Source: a virus. Taken from it: DNA of 64,000 nucleotides. Each line of letters opens with the position of its first letter. The first letter of the stretch is position 1. The notes below the pieces were generated by a model. It did not search any database and was not told the origin of the DNA. It saw only the letters and a program-made list of their open reading frames with translations. Where the stretch lies: the IMG/VR virus record IMGVR_UViG_3300036900_000315, positions 2,595 through 66,594 of that record, one strand, 5' to 3'. Position numbers and translations under genes: made by a program. Shown in pieces: positions 1 to 9,034 of the stretch.

Positions 1-1336
1 TCACCTCGACATAGATTGGCTCTCCCATGCTGTCCACGTAGTTGTTATCGACAAGCACAGGGCCGCCGTACCCGGAGGTATTGGTGAAACCACCATCTGA
101 GAACTGAATGGGTATTGGGTAGGCGCCGGTTACGTTGTTGGCGTAGGAATTGTCCGCGTAGTTTCCGACGATCGCCCACTGCATGTTGGTCTGCATCGTC
201 CCGTAAATCAACCCCTGGACATTCGGGTATACGACTGCCGGAGACAAGGCGGATCGAGCGGGCGAGTGAAAGTAGATATCACGCACCGAGATGTATCGAG
301 GGAACGGCGCAGGCTGCCCATTACTCCCTAAGCCGAATGAGAGATAAACCCCATAGCTCACGAGATTCGTAGGGTGCAAAGAGAACTCTAGGTTCTCTAT
401 CCAGAAGTGGTGGAACTGCCCGGTCGCAGCAGCTTTGAATATGGTGCCGTTCTGAACAAAGGTTCCAATCGTCGCCGCCAGCTGCTGAAAGCCGCCCAAT
501 TTCAAAGAGGTGGCGTAGCTGGGATTGATGCGCGATCCGAATGGAGGAAAGTCCGATGCTGCCACTTTGTGAGTCCGGAAGATGATCCATCGATGATTGG
601 CTGCTGTGATAAGTCCCCCCGTGGCGTTGGGATCGATGGCCATCACTGGCAGGTTGTATCCGGTGCCGTTTCCAGTGTCAGGCACGATGCAGGTTACCCC
701 TTGTGGAACCTCGAACACGGTGCCGAACCATAATTTGGTTCCTGGCGCGGCCAGGATCGCAGTGAGCGTGTCGCCTATGGAGATCGATCCCGAGTAACCA
801 GACGGCGCGCTTACGCTAGCAGTTGAGATGCATTCTCCGCCGGACCCGGTCGCCGCAAGTGGAACGATTACGTAGGGAATAGAGTACGACGAGCACGTTG
901 AATCGTCCGGCTCGCACAGCAGGTTTGCCTGCACGCTTGCAGGAGGCGCGGGTAGATGGGAGGCCGAGGCCGATGGCGTAGTAGCCGACACCTCAGCGGT
1001 CCCACAGCCTTGCGCTACGGTCATGCACCCGTTGACTTCGTCGTCGTCATTTGGCCGAGATGTTGGCAGGAAATAGTAAGTGGTTCCGTCCGCCAGCCCG
1101 GTAATGGGCATGGAGCAAACGCCGCTGGTGAACAGGCCGCCGCTCCGAGAACTGCTGGAACTCCAGAGGTAGACTCCAGACGAGACGCCGTACTGTACCC
1201 AACACTGAGAATCAGGCGACACCGTCCACTTCACCAACGCTGAATTGGTGCTGGTGGTGACTGAAATCGCACTGATGGTCGGCACCTGCGCCACTGCGGT
1301 TATCGCTAAAATGCCCATTAATATAAGCGTTTTCAT
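1..1336 (-). CDS. Secreted protein with N-terminal FN3-like domain (3' end outside window)
   Basis: Hand-translated; absent from the ORF track because there is no stop in the window. MKTLILMGILAITAVA|QVPTISAISVTTSTNSALVKWTVSPDSQCWVQYG...ITGLADGTTYYF; frame open to base 2; AAGGA upstream. Confidence 0.8.
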   Translation of the reverse strand, partial: MKTLILMGILAITAVAQVPTISAISVTTSTNSALVKWTVSPDSQCWVQYGVSSGVYLWSSSSSRSGGLFTSGVCSMPITGLADGTTYYFLPTSRPNDDDEVNGCMTVAQGCGTAEVSATTPSASASHLPAPPASVQANLLCEPDDSTCSSYSIPYVIVPLAATGSGGECISTASVSAPSGYSGSISIGDTLTAILAAPGTKLWFGTVFEVPQGVTCIVPDTGNGTGYNLPVMAIDPNATGGLITAANHRWIIFRTHKVAASDFPPFGSRINPSYATSLKLGGFQQLAATIGTFVQNGTIFKAAATGQFHHFWIENLEFSLHPTNLVSYGVYLSFGLGSNGQPAPFPRYISVRDIYFHSPARSALSPAVVYPNVQGLIYGTMQTNMQWAIVGNYADNSYANNVTGAYPIPIQFSDGGFTNTSGYGGPVLVDNNYVDSMGEPIYVEV

Positions 1337-1346
1337 TAGATTCCTT

Positions 1347-2078
1347 TTAGTGATATGCAGCTGCCGTGCAAGACCAAACTCCAGAACCAGATAGCGTCAG
1401 TGTCGGAGAATAGGTACCTGGACCGACCAATCTATGAGCAATCGCAACAGCAACTCCACCGGGGCTTGCCTGCGAATCCACTGTTAGACCAGATCCAGAT
1501 CCCGGCGTAACGGTGGCAGGATAGGATTCCAGTGAAACCATGATAATAGAACTAGCGGCCGTTGTGGTCAGTGATCCACACGTCACGGCAGTGCCACTGC
1601 CGTCTGCACTGGAAACTACATCGTGAGCGGGACTTGAAAGGCCGCTGACCTCTATCGCCGCAATGCCGGGGTATGAAAATAAGCCAGAATTCGGCGTTGA
1701 CGTTACCGTAAACGGAGAGCCCGTTGACGTAACCGGAGCGTGCCCGATGCTAGACCACACGTTAGCGTCTGTGGTGGCCGCATGGTTTGTGTCCTGGGTA
1801 TACGTGTTGGAGTGATTATCACTCCCGCCGAAAGATGCGGTGCCGGCCCCAAAATAACCATTCGCCGCGTAGATAATTACGTTCGATGTCGTCGCAGGGG
1901 ACGGGAACGACGCAGATTGCGGCGCAGAGTCACCAGCGCTGTTCTGCCCTGACAGCACCTGACCAGACACCAGCGCAATAGTTGAGCCGCCCGCCGCTGG
2001 CGCGACGTTCGTGCCAATCAGGGGGATTTGCGCGTTGAGCGTCGCGACAAACGCAATCAGGAATAGGAAGTTCTTCAT
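1347..2078 (-). CDS. Secreted Ser/Thr/Gly-rich beta-sandwich protein
   Basis: Start reassigned to MKNFLFLIAFVATLNA|QIP (ATGA overlap with upstream stop); signal peptide; S/T/G/A-rich. Confidence 0.8.
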   Translation of the reverse strand: MKNFLFLIAFVATLNAQIPLIGTNVAPAAGGSTIALVSGQVLSGQNSAGDSAPQSASFPSPATTSNVIIYAANGYFGAGTASFGGSDNHSNTYTQDTNHAATTDANVWSSIGHAPVTSTGSPFTVTSTPNSGLFSYPGIAAIEVSGLSSPAHDVVSSADGSGTAVTCGSLTTTAASSIIMVSLESYPATVTPGSGSGLTVDSQASPGGVAVAIAHRLVGPGTYSPTLTLSGSGVWSCTAAAYH

Positions 2079-3217
2079 CGGTCTACCCGCCAGTTGAGGG
2101 TCACGGCCCCGAGGGTGGGAGACGTGCTCGTCAGTGCGTTGCACTGATCGAAGTTCACGTTATCCGCGGTTGCATAAGCGTTGATCGTAATGCCACCCCC
2201 TGGAGTGTAGCCCGCGAGCGCCTTGATGGAGGCGTTGGCCGATGCGGTAACCGTGTCGGTTGCCTTCACGCCTGGCGCGCTCACCGTTACCACTGTGGCG
2301 CACAATCCGGCGCCGAGCGCGGTAGTGCCCATGGTTGCCGTTCCGGAGAACCCGTTCCCACCGCTGATGATCCTATAACCGCCAGCGCCCGAGTTGAGAG
2401 CGGTAGCGTAGACGGCCCAGAACGGCTGTCCCGACGCGCACTGCGAAGGGTTGGGGTTACTCACTCCGTCAAGCTGGTAAACGTTCCTGGCACCTTGTCC
2501 GTTGCCGATGTCGAGCGAAAGGCCAGCCGCGCAGTTGGCGTTCGACTCAACCAGGACCCGCATACCCTCCCCTAGAGCCGGGGCCGCATTGCCTATTGGC
2601 GCTCCGACGAATGCGGTAGTGGAGGCAGAGGTCAGCGCGATTGTCGTGTCAGCCGCTTGAACGGCGGTCGCTCTGGAGAGCATCACCGCCGTGTTAGCCG
2701 AAAAGGTTGTACCTGTGAGATTGAGCGTGGTGCCATCTGCTGAGTAGGTCGTTCCCGCACCTCCACCGCAGCCACTAGAAGCGCTTCCGTCAGGGTGGAC
2801 GCAATCAGTAGTGGGTGCCCCCGAGGATACAGCAGAGGGAACGCCGCTCGCGTATTTAATGATGCCAGTGAGTGCCGAAGTGGGAAGATTTGCTGACGGA
2901 ATGACGCTGTTTGGCGTGTCGAGAACGCCACCTGTGACGTGGACGTAGCCAGTGCCACTCGGTGCGACTCCGCTACTGCCCACAATCTGCGACCAGTCGT
3001 GGAAGTACCCGCAGACCCAATCGGTCGGCACGGCGGGCGAAGAGGTTGTCAGTTGCCACTTTTGCCCTAGCCCGCAACCGCCGGGAAGATTAGGCCCCTG
3101 CGATGTCGGCCAGGTTGCGAGGTTCATCCGGAAATCGTGCGTCTCCTGTGCCAATAGGCCAGAGGCGCCCACGATCGCGCAGAGCGCGAGTGCCGCGCCC
3201 GTTCGAATACTCTTCAT
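2075..3217 (-). CDS. Secreted tail-fibre-like protein
   Basis: MKSIRTGAALALCAIVGASGLLA|QET signal; fibre-type motifs TTYSADGTTLNLTGTTFS and GMRVLVESNANCAAGLSLDIGNGQGARNV; paired Cys. Confidence 0.75.
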   Translation of the reverse strand: MKSIRTGAALALCAIVGASGLLAQETHDFRMNLATWPTSQGPNLPGGCGLGQKWQLTTSSPAVPTDWVCGYFHDWSQIVGSSGVAPSGTGYVHVTGGVLDTPNSVIPSANLPTSALTGIIKYASGVPSAVSSGAPTTDCVHPDGSASSGCGGGAGTTYSADGTTLNLTGTTFSANTAVMLSRATAVQAADTTIALTSASTTAFVGAPIGNAAPALGEGMRVLVESNANCAAGLSLDIGNGQGARNVYQLDGVSNPNPSQCASGQPFWAVYATALNSGAGGYRIISGGNGFSGTATMGTTALGAGLCATVVTVSAPGVKATDTVTASANASIKALAGYTPGGGITINAYATADNVNFDQCNALTSTSPTLGAVTLNWRVDR

Positions 3218-3243
3218 AAATCTATTTCCTTTTCGGTGTTGCT

Positions 3244-3783
3244 TCAAGCGGCCTTCGCGGCAAGCGAGGAACGCAGTATTTGGATTGCAGACCCGTGCCT
3301 GCGGATGACGGTGCGGCGGGAGGCTTTGACGCCTAACGCGATTTCGGGGAAGGTGGCGCCGCTGAGCTTCATGGCGATTACTTTGCGCTCGGGGGCCGGC
3401 AGGGAGAGAATGGCGACGGCGACGCGGGTTTCACGGCGGTTCGCGTCAATCTCTTCGACGAGAGAGGGGTGCGGGGTCGAGAATTGGTGGAGCTCGTCCA
3501 CCGGGAGACCGTCGATCGGGATGGCCTGGTGAGCCCGAGGCTGGGCCCGTACCGAGTCGAGCATGCCGCCTCGCAAGCGGGTGATCAGGTAATTTTCCAA
3601 GCGGTCGGCGACGCAGAGCAAAACCTCTTCGCCGGTTTGCTTGAGGTCCTGCTCGTCGATCGACCGGGGCAAGGTGGCCTTCAGCCGGCGGACGGTTGCG
3701 GAGATCAGCGGACGGTAAATAGCTGCTACCTGGTCGCGGCGGAACATAGAGACGGTACTCGGGCTACGCAGGGGAGATGGCAT
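3244..3783 (-). CDS. Sigma-70 family (FliA/WhiG-like) RNA polymerase sigma factor
   Basis: Region 2 (YRPLISATVRRLKATLPRSIDEQDLKQTG, RLRGGMLDSVR) and region 4 (LPAPERKVIAMKLSGATFPEIALGVKASRRTVIRRH); GGAGG before MPSPLR. Confidence 0.8.
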   Translation of the reverse strand: MPSPLRSPSTVSMFRRDQVAAIYRPLISATVRRLKATLPRSIDEQDLKQTGEEVLLCVADRLENYLITRLRGGMLDSVRAQPRAHQAIPIDGLPVDELHQFSTPHPSLVEEIDANRRETRVAVAILSLPAPERKVIAMKLSGATFPEIALGVKASRRTVIRRHGSAIQILRSSLAAKAA

Positions 3784-3824
3784 GGGTGCCTCCAGTGTGC
3801 GCCCCCGCACGCCACAATAGGGGT

Positions 3825-4343
3825 ATGAGTACTGATAAACCGGACGACGTGTCGATGGAGCGGACGGCGCCGCCAGGGGCTCAGCTCAGAACGACGCTGC
3901 CTCAAACGCTCGCGAAGGTGCGGGGCCTCCGGGGGATGAGCATGAGAAGGCTCGCCCTTGAGTCTGGGGTGGCGAAGTCGACCATCTGCGATCTCGAGTC
4001 CGGCCAGGCAACCGACGTGATGATGACCACGCTCTGCAAGCTCTGTGGGGTTTTGCGGGTCACGCCGGACTACCTGCTCAACATCTATCCCGACGAAACG
4101 TTAGCGAGCGCCTCCCCGGTGGTGGAGCCACCTACAGTCCGGGAATCCCGCACCTGCGCGTATTGCTCAAAACGATTGAGAGCAGGGGAGCCTCACATGC
4201 CGGGTGAGTGTATGATGCACGCAGCCGACCACAATCCCTCAGCCGAATACCTCGCTGCGAAGTACGGTTTCTGTGTTGCTGCGATCGCCGCCATCCTCGC
4301 AGCGGAATACGATCGCCGCAATCACAAAACTGCTGAAGGTTAG
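3825..4343 (+). CDS. XRE-family HTH regulator with C-terminal Cys/His motif
   Basis: LAKVRGLRGMSMRRLALESGVAKSTICDLESGQATDVMMTTLCKLCGVLRVTPDYLL; CAYC...H...C; divergent from the sigma gene. Confidence 0.85.
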   Translation: MSTDKPDDVSMERTAPPGAQLRTTLPQTLAKVRGLRGMSMRRLALESGVAKSTICDLESGQATDVMMTTLCKLCGVLRVTPDYLLNIYPDETLASASPVVEPPTVRESRTCAYCSKRLRAGEPHMPGECMMHAADHNPSAEYLAAKYGFCVAAIAAILAAEYDRRNHKTAEG

Positions 4344-4699
4344 GCGCCAGCTCCAGCAGTTCGAGCTTTCCCCTTCGTTACGGCCTTCGCTACCGGGGCC
4401 TTCTTCTCAGCCTTCAGTTTCGCCCAACGTGCCTTTTGCGCTTCGGCCATCTTCCTGCGGACTGCCGCTGAGCGCTTCTTCCTGGGGGCTGGCGTATCAC
4501 TCACGGTGACCTGTGGCGCTTTGCCGATCATTCCGGCGCCCGTCTTTTGGGGTCCGTCGAGGCGACGCCGCACGATCTCCGAGATGGCATTCGGGGCAAT
4601 GCCTAAAGCCTCACTCAATTCGCGGATACGGATGTTCAATGCATCCCGTTCTGCGATCATCCCTCGTAGTGCGAACTCCTGAAGCTCTCGTGTATTCAT
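4340..4699 (-). CDS. Small basic putative DNA-binding protein (coiled coil plus RKMAEAQKARWAK helix)
   Basis: Start MNTREL with GGGAG upstream; N-terminal heptads; Lys/Arg-rich C-terminus. Confidence 0.65.
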   Translation of the reverse strand: MNTRELQEFALRGMIAERDALNIRIRELSEALGIAPNAISEIVRRRLDGPQKTGAGMIGKAPQVTVSDTPAPRKKRSAAVRRKMAEAQKARWAKLKAEKKAPVAKAVTKGKARTAGAGA

Positions 4700-4782
4700 T
4701 CGGTTCTCCCATTGTTCCTTTCGTATTTTGGACAGCGACAGCATTTCCTCGATCGGTACTCGTCTCCAACTCACTCTCCAGC

Positions 4783-5118
4783 TCAATTGAACCCCTCAAT
4801 CCAGTGCCTCATTGCCTCCGGTCCACGGTGAATCTCCAGCATCCCCAACTCAATCGCCGTCCTGGCGCCGGGATGATTGCGATCATACACGGCCCGGTTC
4901 TTCCCAAGGTCTGAGGCCATCGAGGCGTAAGCGCCTAGGAGATCGCCGCTATCCACGTATTCGAGGGCTCGTTTCTTCGCCCAGTCGAGGAACTGTTCTC
5001 GGGTTTCAGCTTTCAAAATAGCCTCGCCTCCTCCATCACCACATCCACATCCTCGCCCTCCTCGAGGCATTTCCGGATGTTGGCGATGGTTTGCTCCTGC
5101 TGTTTCGTCATCGATCAT
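4783..5118 (-). CDS. Phage hypothetical protein
   Basis: Coupled ORF in the leftward small-gene run. Confidence 0.6.
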   Translation of the reverse strand: MIDDETAGANHRQHPEMPRGGRGCGCGDGGGEAILKAETREQFLDWAKKRALEYVDSGDLLGAYASMASDLGKNRAVYDRNHPGARTAIELGMLEIHRGPEAMRHWIEGFN

Positions 5119-5377
5119 GCTCCATCATCGCTACAGCCCCACAGACGTGCCTTTCCGGCTCCGTTACTGTCTCCCCACAGTGCGCGCATCTCGAGGGTGT
5201 GTGAGGCGTCGTATCTTCGGTCGGGTGCTGCGTCTGTTCGTAGGCCCAGTTGTAAAGGTCCGAGAGGCGCGTCGTTGTCATCAAATCGCCGGGGTGGTGA
5301 TGGAGGTAGTCCTGTGCCAAGTCGTCGAATTGCGCAAATAGGCGTTGGTGGCGGGCTTTGTGTTCTTCCGGGGTCAA
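5108..5377 (-). CDS. Phage hypothetical protein
   Basis: Overlap-coupled ORF; CAHC motif. Confidence 0.6.
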   Translation of the reverse strand: MTPEEHKARHQRLFAQFDDLAQDYLHHHPGDLMTTTRLSDLYNWAYEQTQHPTEDTTPHTPSRCAHCGETVTEPERHVCGAVAMMEHDR

Positions 5378-5613
5378 AACGAGCCTTGCCTTTCGTTGAG
5401 TCGCTGAGTCGCTTCGATGTTCTTTCGGGTCTTGTCGCGGTTCGTGCCTTTGATTACCGGGCCGGGTCCAAACCGCGCATCACGAACAAAGCCCTGCATA
5501 CATGCCTTGCCCCATTCGCTGATCGGCTTGATACCAGTTTCTGGGTCAATCGTCGGCTGATCGGCCTCGGTTGCCAGGATGGATCGGATTACGTCTTTCT
5601 GCTCGTTGGTCAT
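5374..5613 (-). CDS. Phage hypothetical protein
   Basis: Start MTNEQK in ATGA overlap. Confidence 0.55.
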   Translation of the reverse strand: MTNEQKDVIRSILATEADQPTIDPETGIKPISEWGKACMQGFVRDARFGPGPVIKGTNRDKTRKNIEATQRLNERQGSF

Positions 5614-5918
5614 AACGGATCGATTCCTATTCCAAGCGCTTCCCACAACCAGTCGTGGATAGCCTTCTGAGTCGTCAAACCGTCTACGCCGCTCCTCAGT
5701 TTCTCCAACTCCGGAGACGGCTCCCCACGATCCCAAGCGGGGGCCATGATCCACTGACGTAAGTAGGCCCGCATGGCTGCGATTTGATGGACGTCGAGGG
5801 CCTTCCCGTTGATGTAGGCTTCGATTGCTGGCTTCAAGACTCCTGATGTTTCGTTGCGCCAGAATCCAGGGGCAGAAGCGAGGAGCATGAAGGGGACGTT
5901 CTGCGTTTTGCTATTCAT
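5610..5918 (-). CDS. Phage hypothetical protein
   Basis: ATGA overlaps at both ends. Confidence 0.7.
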   Translation of the reverse strand: MNSKTQNVPFMLLASAPGFWRNETSGVLKPAIEAYINGKALDVHQIAAMRAYLRQWIMAPAWDRGEPSPELEKLRSGVDGLTTQKAIHDWLWEALGIGIDPL

Positions 5919-6145
5919 ACGCCCTCAATCCTCCAGTTGTAATTACCCTCGCCGGTTTCAAACATAGTCACTACCGACCTGTCGGGCAGGTTGAATTTGG
6001 CGGTGAGCGGATCGACGCCGCTCTCCTTCAGGAACTCGACGAACATCAGGAGCCAGGAGCGTTGCAACTTGGGCACCTGCTGGCCGTCTACGCACACGGC
6101 GGTGTTTCCATTCGGAAAGAAGAATACTTCGACAGGGACTGGCAT
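5915..6145 (-). CDS. Phage hypothetical protein
   Basis: TAATG/ATGA coupling; GGAG upstream. Confidence 0.7.
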   Translation of the reverse strand: MPVPVEVFFFPNGNTAVCVDGQQVPKLQRSWLLMFVEFLKESGVDPLTAKFNLPDRSVVTMFETGEGNYNWRIEGV

Positions 6146-6441
6146 TAGTTTTGGTTCGCTCCTCCCAGAATTGCCCGCGCGATCGCATTCTGCCGCTCTA
6201 TTTCTCTCAGGTGCGGTTCGGCCTCCGCCATCGTTCGAAAGCGGGTCCCGCCTACCTCATAGTGGAAGTCGCGCGATTTGCAAATGCCGCACCACGGGTT
6301 GAACATTCCGAGGGCGATCCCGTTCGTAACCATCGTCCGCAAGGCATCGACCGCTTCTTCCGCTGGCATCGATTCCGGATTGAACCCGATTGCCAGCATG
6401 CAGTGACGAGATGGGCAGAGGCATTGAACGATGCAGATCAC
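6145..6441 (-). CDS. Cys-motif hypothetical protein
   Basis: CLCPSRHC and CGIC motifs; coupled. Confidence 0.7.
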   Translation of the reverse strand: MICIVQCLCPSRHCMLAIGFNPESMPAEEAVDALRTMVTNGIALGMFNPWCGICKSRDFHYEVGGTRFRTMAEAEPHLREIERQNAIARAILGGANQN

Positions 6442-6680
6442 GGCTTACCTCCCGCCACCTGGGGCTTCGATGCAACCGTCGTGTGCATCTGCGCCGAGAA
6501 ACGGCAGTCTCTGTTCTGGCATCGGATGTTCGTGGTGATGACGCCCACCACGGTCTGCCGCTGAGCGAAGCCTTCCTTGAACTTCGTGCCGCCACAGTCT
6601 GGACAGCGGCCAGAAAATAGCCACTCTCTGTCACGCTTCGAGAGTTCCTGTCCGATCTTTGTTGGTGAGGTTGCGCTCAT
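6438..6680 (-). CDS. Zinc-ribbon protein
   Basis: CPDCGG...CQNRDC; GGAGG upstream. Confidence 0.65.
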   Translation of the reverse strand: MSATSPTKIGQELSKRDREWLFSGRCPDCGGTKFKEGFAQRQTVVGVITTNIRCQNRDCRFSAQMHTTVASKPQVAGGKP

Positions 6681-6802
6681 CGTGCGCCTCCTGCAGCCTG
6701 GCGCGCCTTTTGACGCCGTGTTTCGCGTGGCATATTCGGACCTCGAAGCCGCTGTAACCGATCAAACTATCTTTCGGTCCCGACGCTTGAGTTCGTGGCC
6801 GA

Positions 6803-7003
6803 TCATGGCGCGGCTCCCTTTGTGTGGCGATCCCTGTGCCATTGGTTATTGGCGCGCCGATGAAACTCCTTCTGTGTTTCGTTGCTGGCCGGGGGCAGTG
6901 CCGCTGACAGTGGTTTGGGATTGCGTGCATCGAGCGCCGCGCGTAGCTTGCGTCCGTATTCATGCCAAATCTCGGCAAGCCGTTGCTTTTCTTCGGGGGT
7001 CAC
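6803..7003 (-). CDS. Phage hypothetical protein
   Basis: GTGA overlap; AAGGAG upstream. Confidence 0.55.
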   Translation of the reverse strand: MTPEEKQRLAEIWHEYGRKLRAALDARNPKPLSAALPPASNETQKEFHRRANNQWHRDRHTKGAAP

Positions 7004-7218
7004 GCTGCTCCTTTCGCTTGCCGCCGCTCCATCAAGCGCTCACTCTCACGCCATCCCAGATCGAATGCCCACGCCTTCAGTCTTTCTTCGCTATCTCGGA
7101 AATACCTGTATGAATATGGGTTCGATCCCTGTGCGAAGCCCGCACGATTTGACGCAATACCGGCGCGCCAAGCTGAGGCGATTTCGAGGAGGTCGGGGGT
7201 GAGGGGTTGTGGAATCAT
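7000..7218 (-). CDS. Phage hypothetical protein
   Basis: Start MIPQPLT in TGATG overlap. Confidence 0.55.
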   Translation of the reverse strand: MIPQPLTPDLLEIASAWRAGIASNRAGFAQGSNPYSYRYFRDSEERLKAWAFDLGWRESERLMERRQAKGAA

Positions 7219-7484
7219 CAGTCGCTCTCCACGCGGTAGAACTTGTCGTACTCCGGATCTATGCAAACCGTGCCTTCGAAATAGTGCCCCTGATCGATAA
7301 AGTCTTGTTGCGTTGTCTCAGCTACGACTCGCAGCGGTTGACTAACGGTGCTCCCGTTCTTGATGTACACGTTCGTCAGGATCTCGCCTATTTCGCAGGG
7401 GCCATTGAACTTGTATCGGGCGATGACAAGGTAGCCGCGCGCCGCATATATCTGGGAGATCCTCTCGCTTTCTGTTGTCGTCAT
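7218..7484 (-). CDS. Phage hypothetical protein
   Basis: Start MTTTESE; coupled. Confidence 0.6.
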   Translation of the reverse strand: MTTTESERISQIYAARGYLVIARYKFNGPCEIGEILTNVYIKNGSTVSQPLRVVAETTQQDFIDQGHYFEGTVCIDPEYDKFYRVESD

Positions 7485-7488
7485 GGCG

Positions 7489-7908
7489 CTAATTCCGGAA
7501 GTCCAACGCGCCTTCAACGCTTCTAATTTCGATCAGGTCCTGATCAGCAAGCCACTTCACGGTGTTCGACCCGTCGCCGTGATCATCAGGTGGATTGAAT
7601 ACCTTCACCGCTCCCTTCGGCAAGGGTGTTCCTTTAATTGCGGCGCCCGATTCCAGCATGTACACGACGCCATCACGCAGTTTTGCCACCACATCTTGGC
7701 CCTGATCTGTTGGTGTGAGTTGAGACCAGGAGCGCTTACCGTCGCGATATGTAAAGCGGAACTTGAGGGTTATCTTGTGGGTTGTGCGGTCCTCGACGAT
7801 GAAGGCACGGAAGAAGGCATCGCCGGCTCCGGGGCTGAGTATCCGCGCGTAGCGATCGTCGAGCACGATGTGCGCCAGCAGTTTTTCCTGATCTACTACC
7901 CAGCTCAT
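7489..7908 (-). CDS. Phage hypothetical protein
   Basis: 139-aa ORF; ATGA overlap. Confidence 0.7.
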   Translation of the reverse strand: MSWVVDQEKLLAHIVLDDRYARILSPGAGDAFFRAFIVEDRTTHKITLKFRFTYRDGKRSWSQLTPTDQGQDVVAKLRDGVVYMLESGAAIKGTPLPKGAVKVFNPPDDHGDGSNTVKWLADQDLIEIRSVEGALDFRN

Positions 7909-8177
7909 TCGGCTTTCTTCGCCTTCCGGACTGTGAACTGCTTGGTTGAAGCCGTTTCTTTGGTGAGGTCGCCGGTGTATCCGCGTTTTCCGAGGTCTTC
8001 AATTGCGCGGGTCATCATTCCGGCATTCGCGCCTTTTGCCATTCCGAGAACCACATCCTTGAGATCGACGCCCTCTGTATCGTTCTCGGCACTGAACCGC
8101 ACCGAGAGACTCTTCTTGTTTTTCGTCAGACGTATTTTCATCAGTTCCTCGATCCGTAGATTCGCGGGGTCGGCCAC
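7905..8177 (-). CDS. Phage hypothetical protein
   Basis: Coupled ORF; start may be the internal MKIRL. Confidence 0.6.
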   Translation of the reverse strand: MADPANLRIEELMKIRLTKNKKSLSVRFSAENDTEGVDLKDVVLGMAKGANAGMMTRAIEDLGKRGYTGDLTKETASTKQFTVRKAKKAE

Positions 8178-8416
8178 GGCGTTCTACTCGCGTTCCTCGC
8201 GTCCAGGGCGCGCGCTGCACGTCTTGCTGACTCCCTCGGTGTCAAACCCTCCGGCTCATGAACGGCTTCCCCCTTGGGCCGGAAACAACTGCACTCGCCG
8301 TTTATGTGCTCAGCACTGCCGACTAGTCGAATCCCACACTCACGGTGGAACGGGCCATTAATAGGCGAGAGCGGTTCGTCAGGCAAGATTTCCTCGTTGC
8401 AGTACGCACACGTCAT
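8141..8416 (-). CDS. Cys/His-motif hypothetical protein
   Basis: MTCAYC...FHREC...ECSC; ATGA overlap. Confidence 0.6.
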   Translation of the reverse strand: MTCAYCNEEILPDEPLSPINGPFHRECGIRLVGSAEHINGECSCFRPKGEAVHEPEGLTPRESARRAARALDARNASRTPWPTPRIYGSRN

Positions 8417-8613
8417 TTCGTCGCCACTTTCGCGGCTTCCATCGCCGCAACCTTCGCCTTCTCGCGCTCCTTCACAATCTCGACGTCCCACTGAACTGAC
8501 CACACACACTGGCACTTGATACAGCAGGCAGGCCCAATTGGACCGCGCAATTCTATGGGCTCCTTCCACTTGCCGCAGATGCATTCGAACTTGTAGGTGG
8601 ATGTCGTGTTCAT
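8413..8613 (-). CDS. Small zinc-ribbon protein
   Basis: CICG...CCIKCQC; ATGA overlaps. Confidence 0.6.
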   Translation of the reverse strand: MNTTSTYKFECICGKWKEPIELRGPIGPACCIKCQCVWSVQWDVEIVKEREKAKVAAMEAAKVATK

Positions 8614-8825
8614 TTACTTTCCTGCGGTCCCTCTAATTTCTTGCCGTAGTACGCTTCCCAAAACGCTCGCCATCCAGCAGTGACGGCAGCTTGCAACTTT
8701 GGATTCGGAGGAGCGTCTTTGTTCTGCTGGAACCAACTGATGCACTTTCCGTCGTTGACATAGATCCCCAAACGCTTCCTGCTCAGACTGAACGGGGTCA
8801 TCATGACTTTTTCTCCCGCGCCCAC
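8610..8825 (-). CDS. Phage hypothetical protein
   Basis: Coupled ORF; probable start MMTPFS. Confidence 0.55.
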   Translation of the reverse strand: MGAGEKVMMTPFSLSRKRLGIYVNDGKCISWFQQNKDAPPNPKLQAAVTAGWRAFWEAYYGKKLEGPQESK

Positions 8826-9034
8826 GCCTCGAAGATAATGCCGGCTGCCTGGATCGAGGTTGCCTTGGACGCGTTGTAGAGCAAGCGACGGTCGGGCTTC
8901 AGGTTCGCGTTCTCAGCGAGCACCGTTACCAGTCCCATGGCGTAGGCTCCCAATTCCGTGCAGCCTTTCAGGAGTTCGTTTAGGTTTGTGAAGTAATCTT
9001 CGGGCAGGAACTCGCAGAGGGTATCGTGGTTCAC
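8801..9034 (-). CDS. Phage hypothetical protein
   Basis: GTGA overlap; GGAGG upstream. Confidence 0.6.
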   Translation of the reverse strand: MNHDTLCEFLPEDYFTNLNELLKGCTELGAYAMGLVTVLAENANLKPDRRLLYNASKATSIQAAGIIFEAWAREKKS

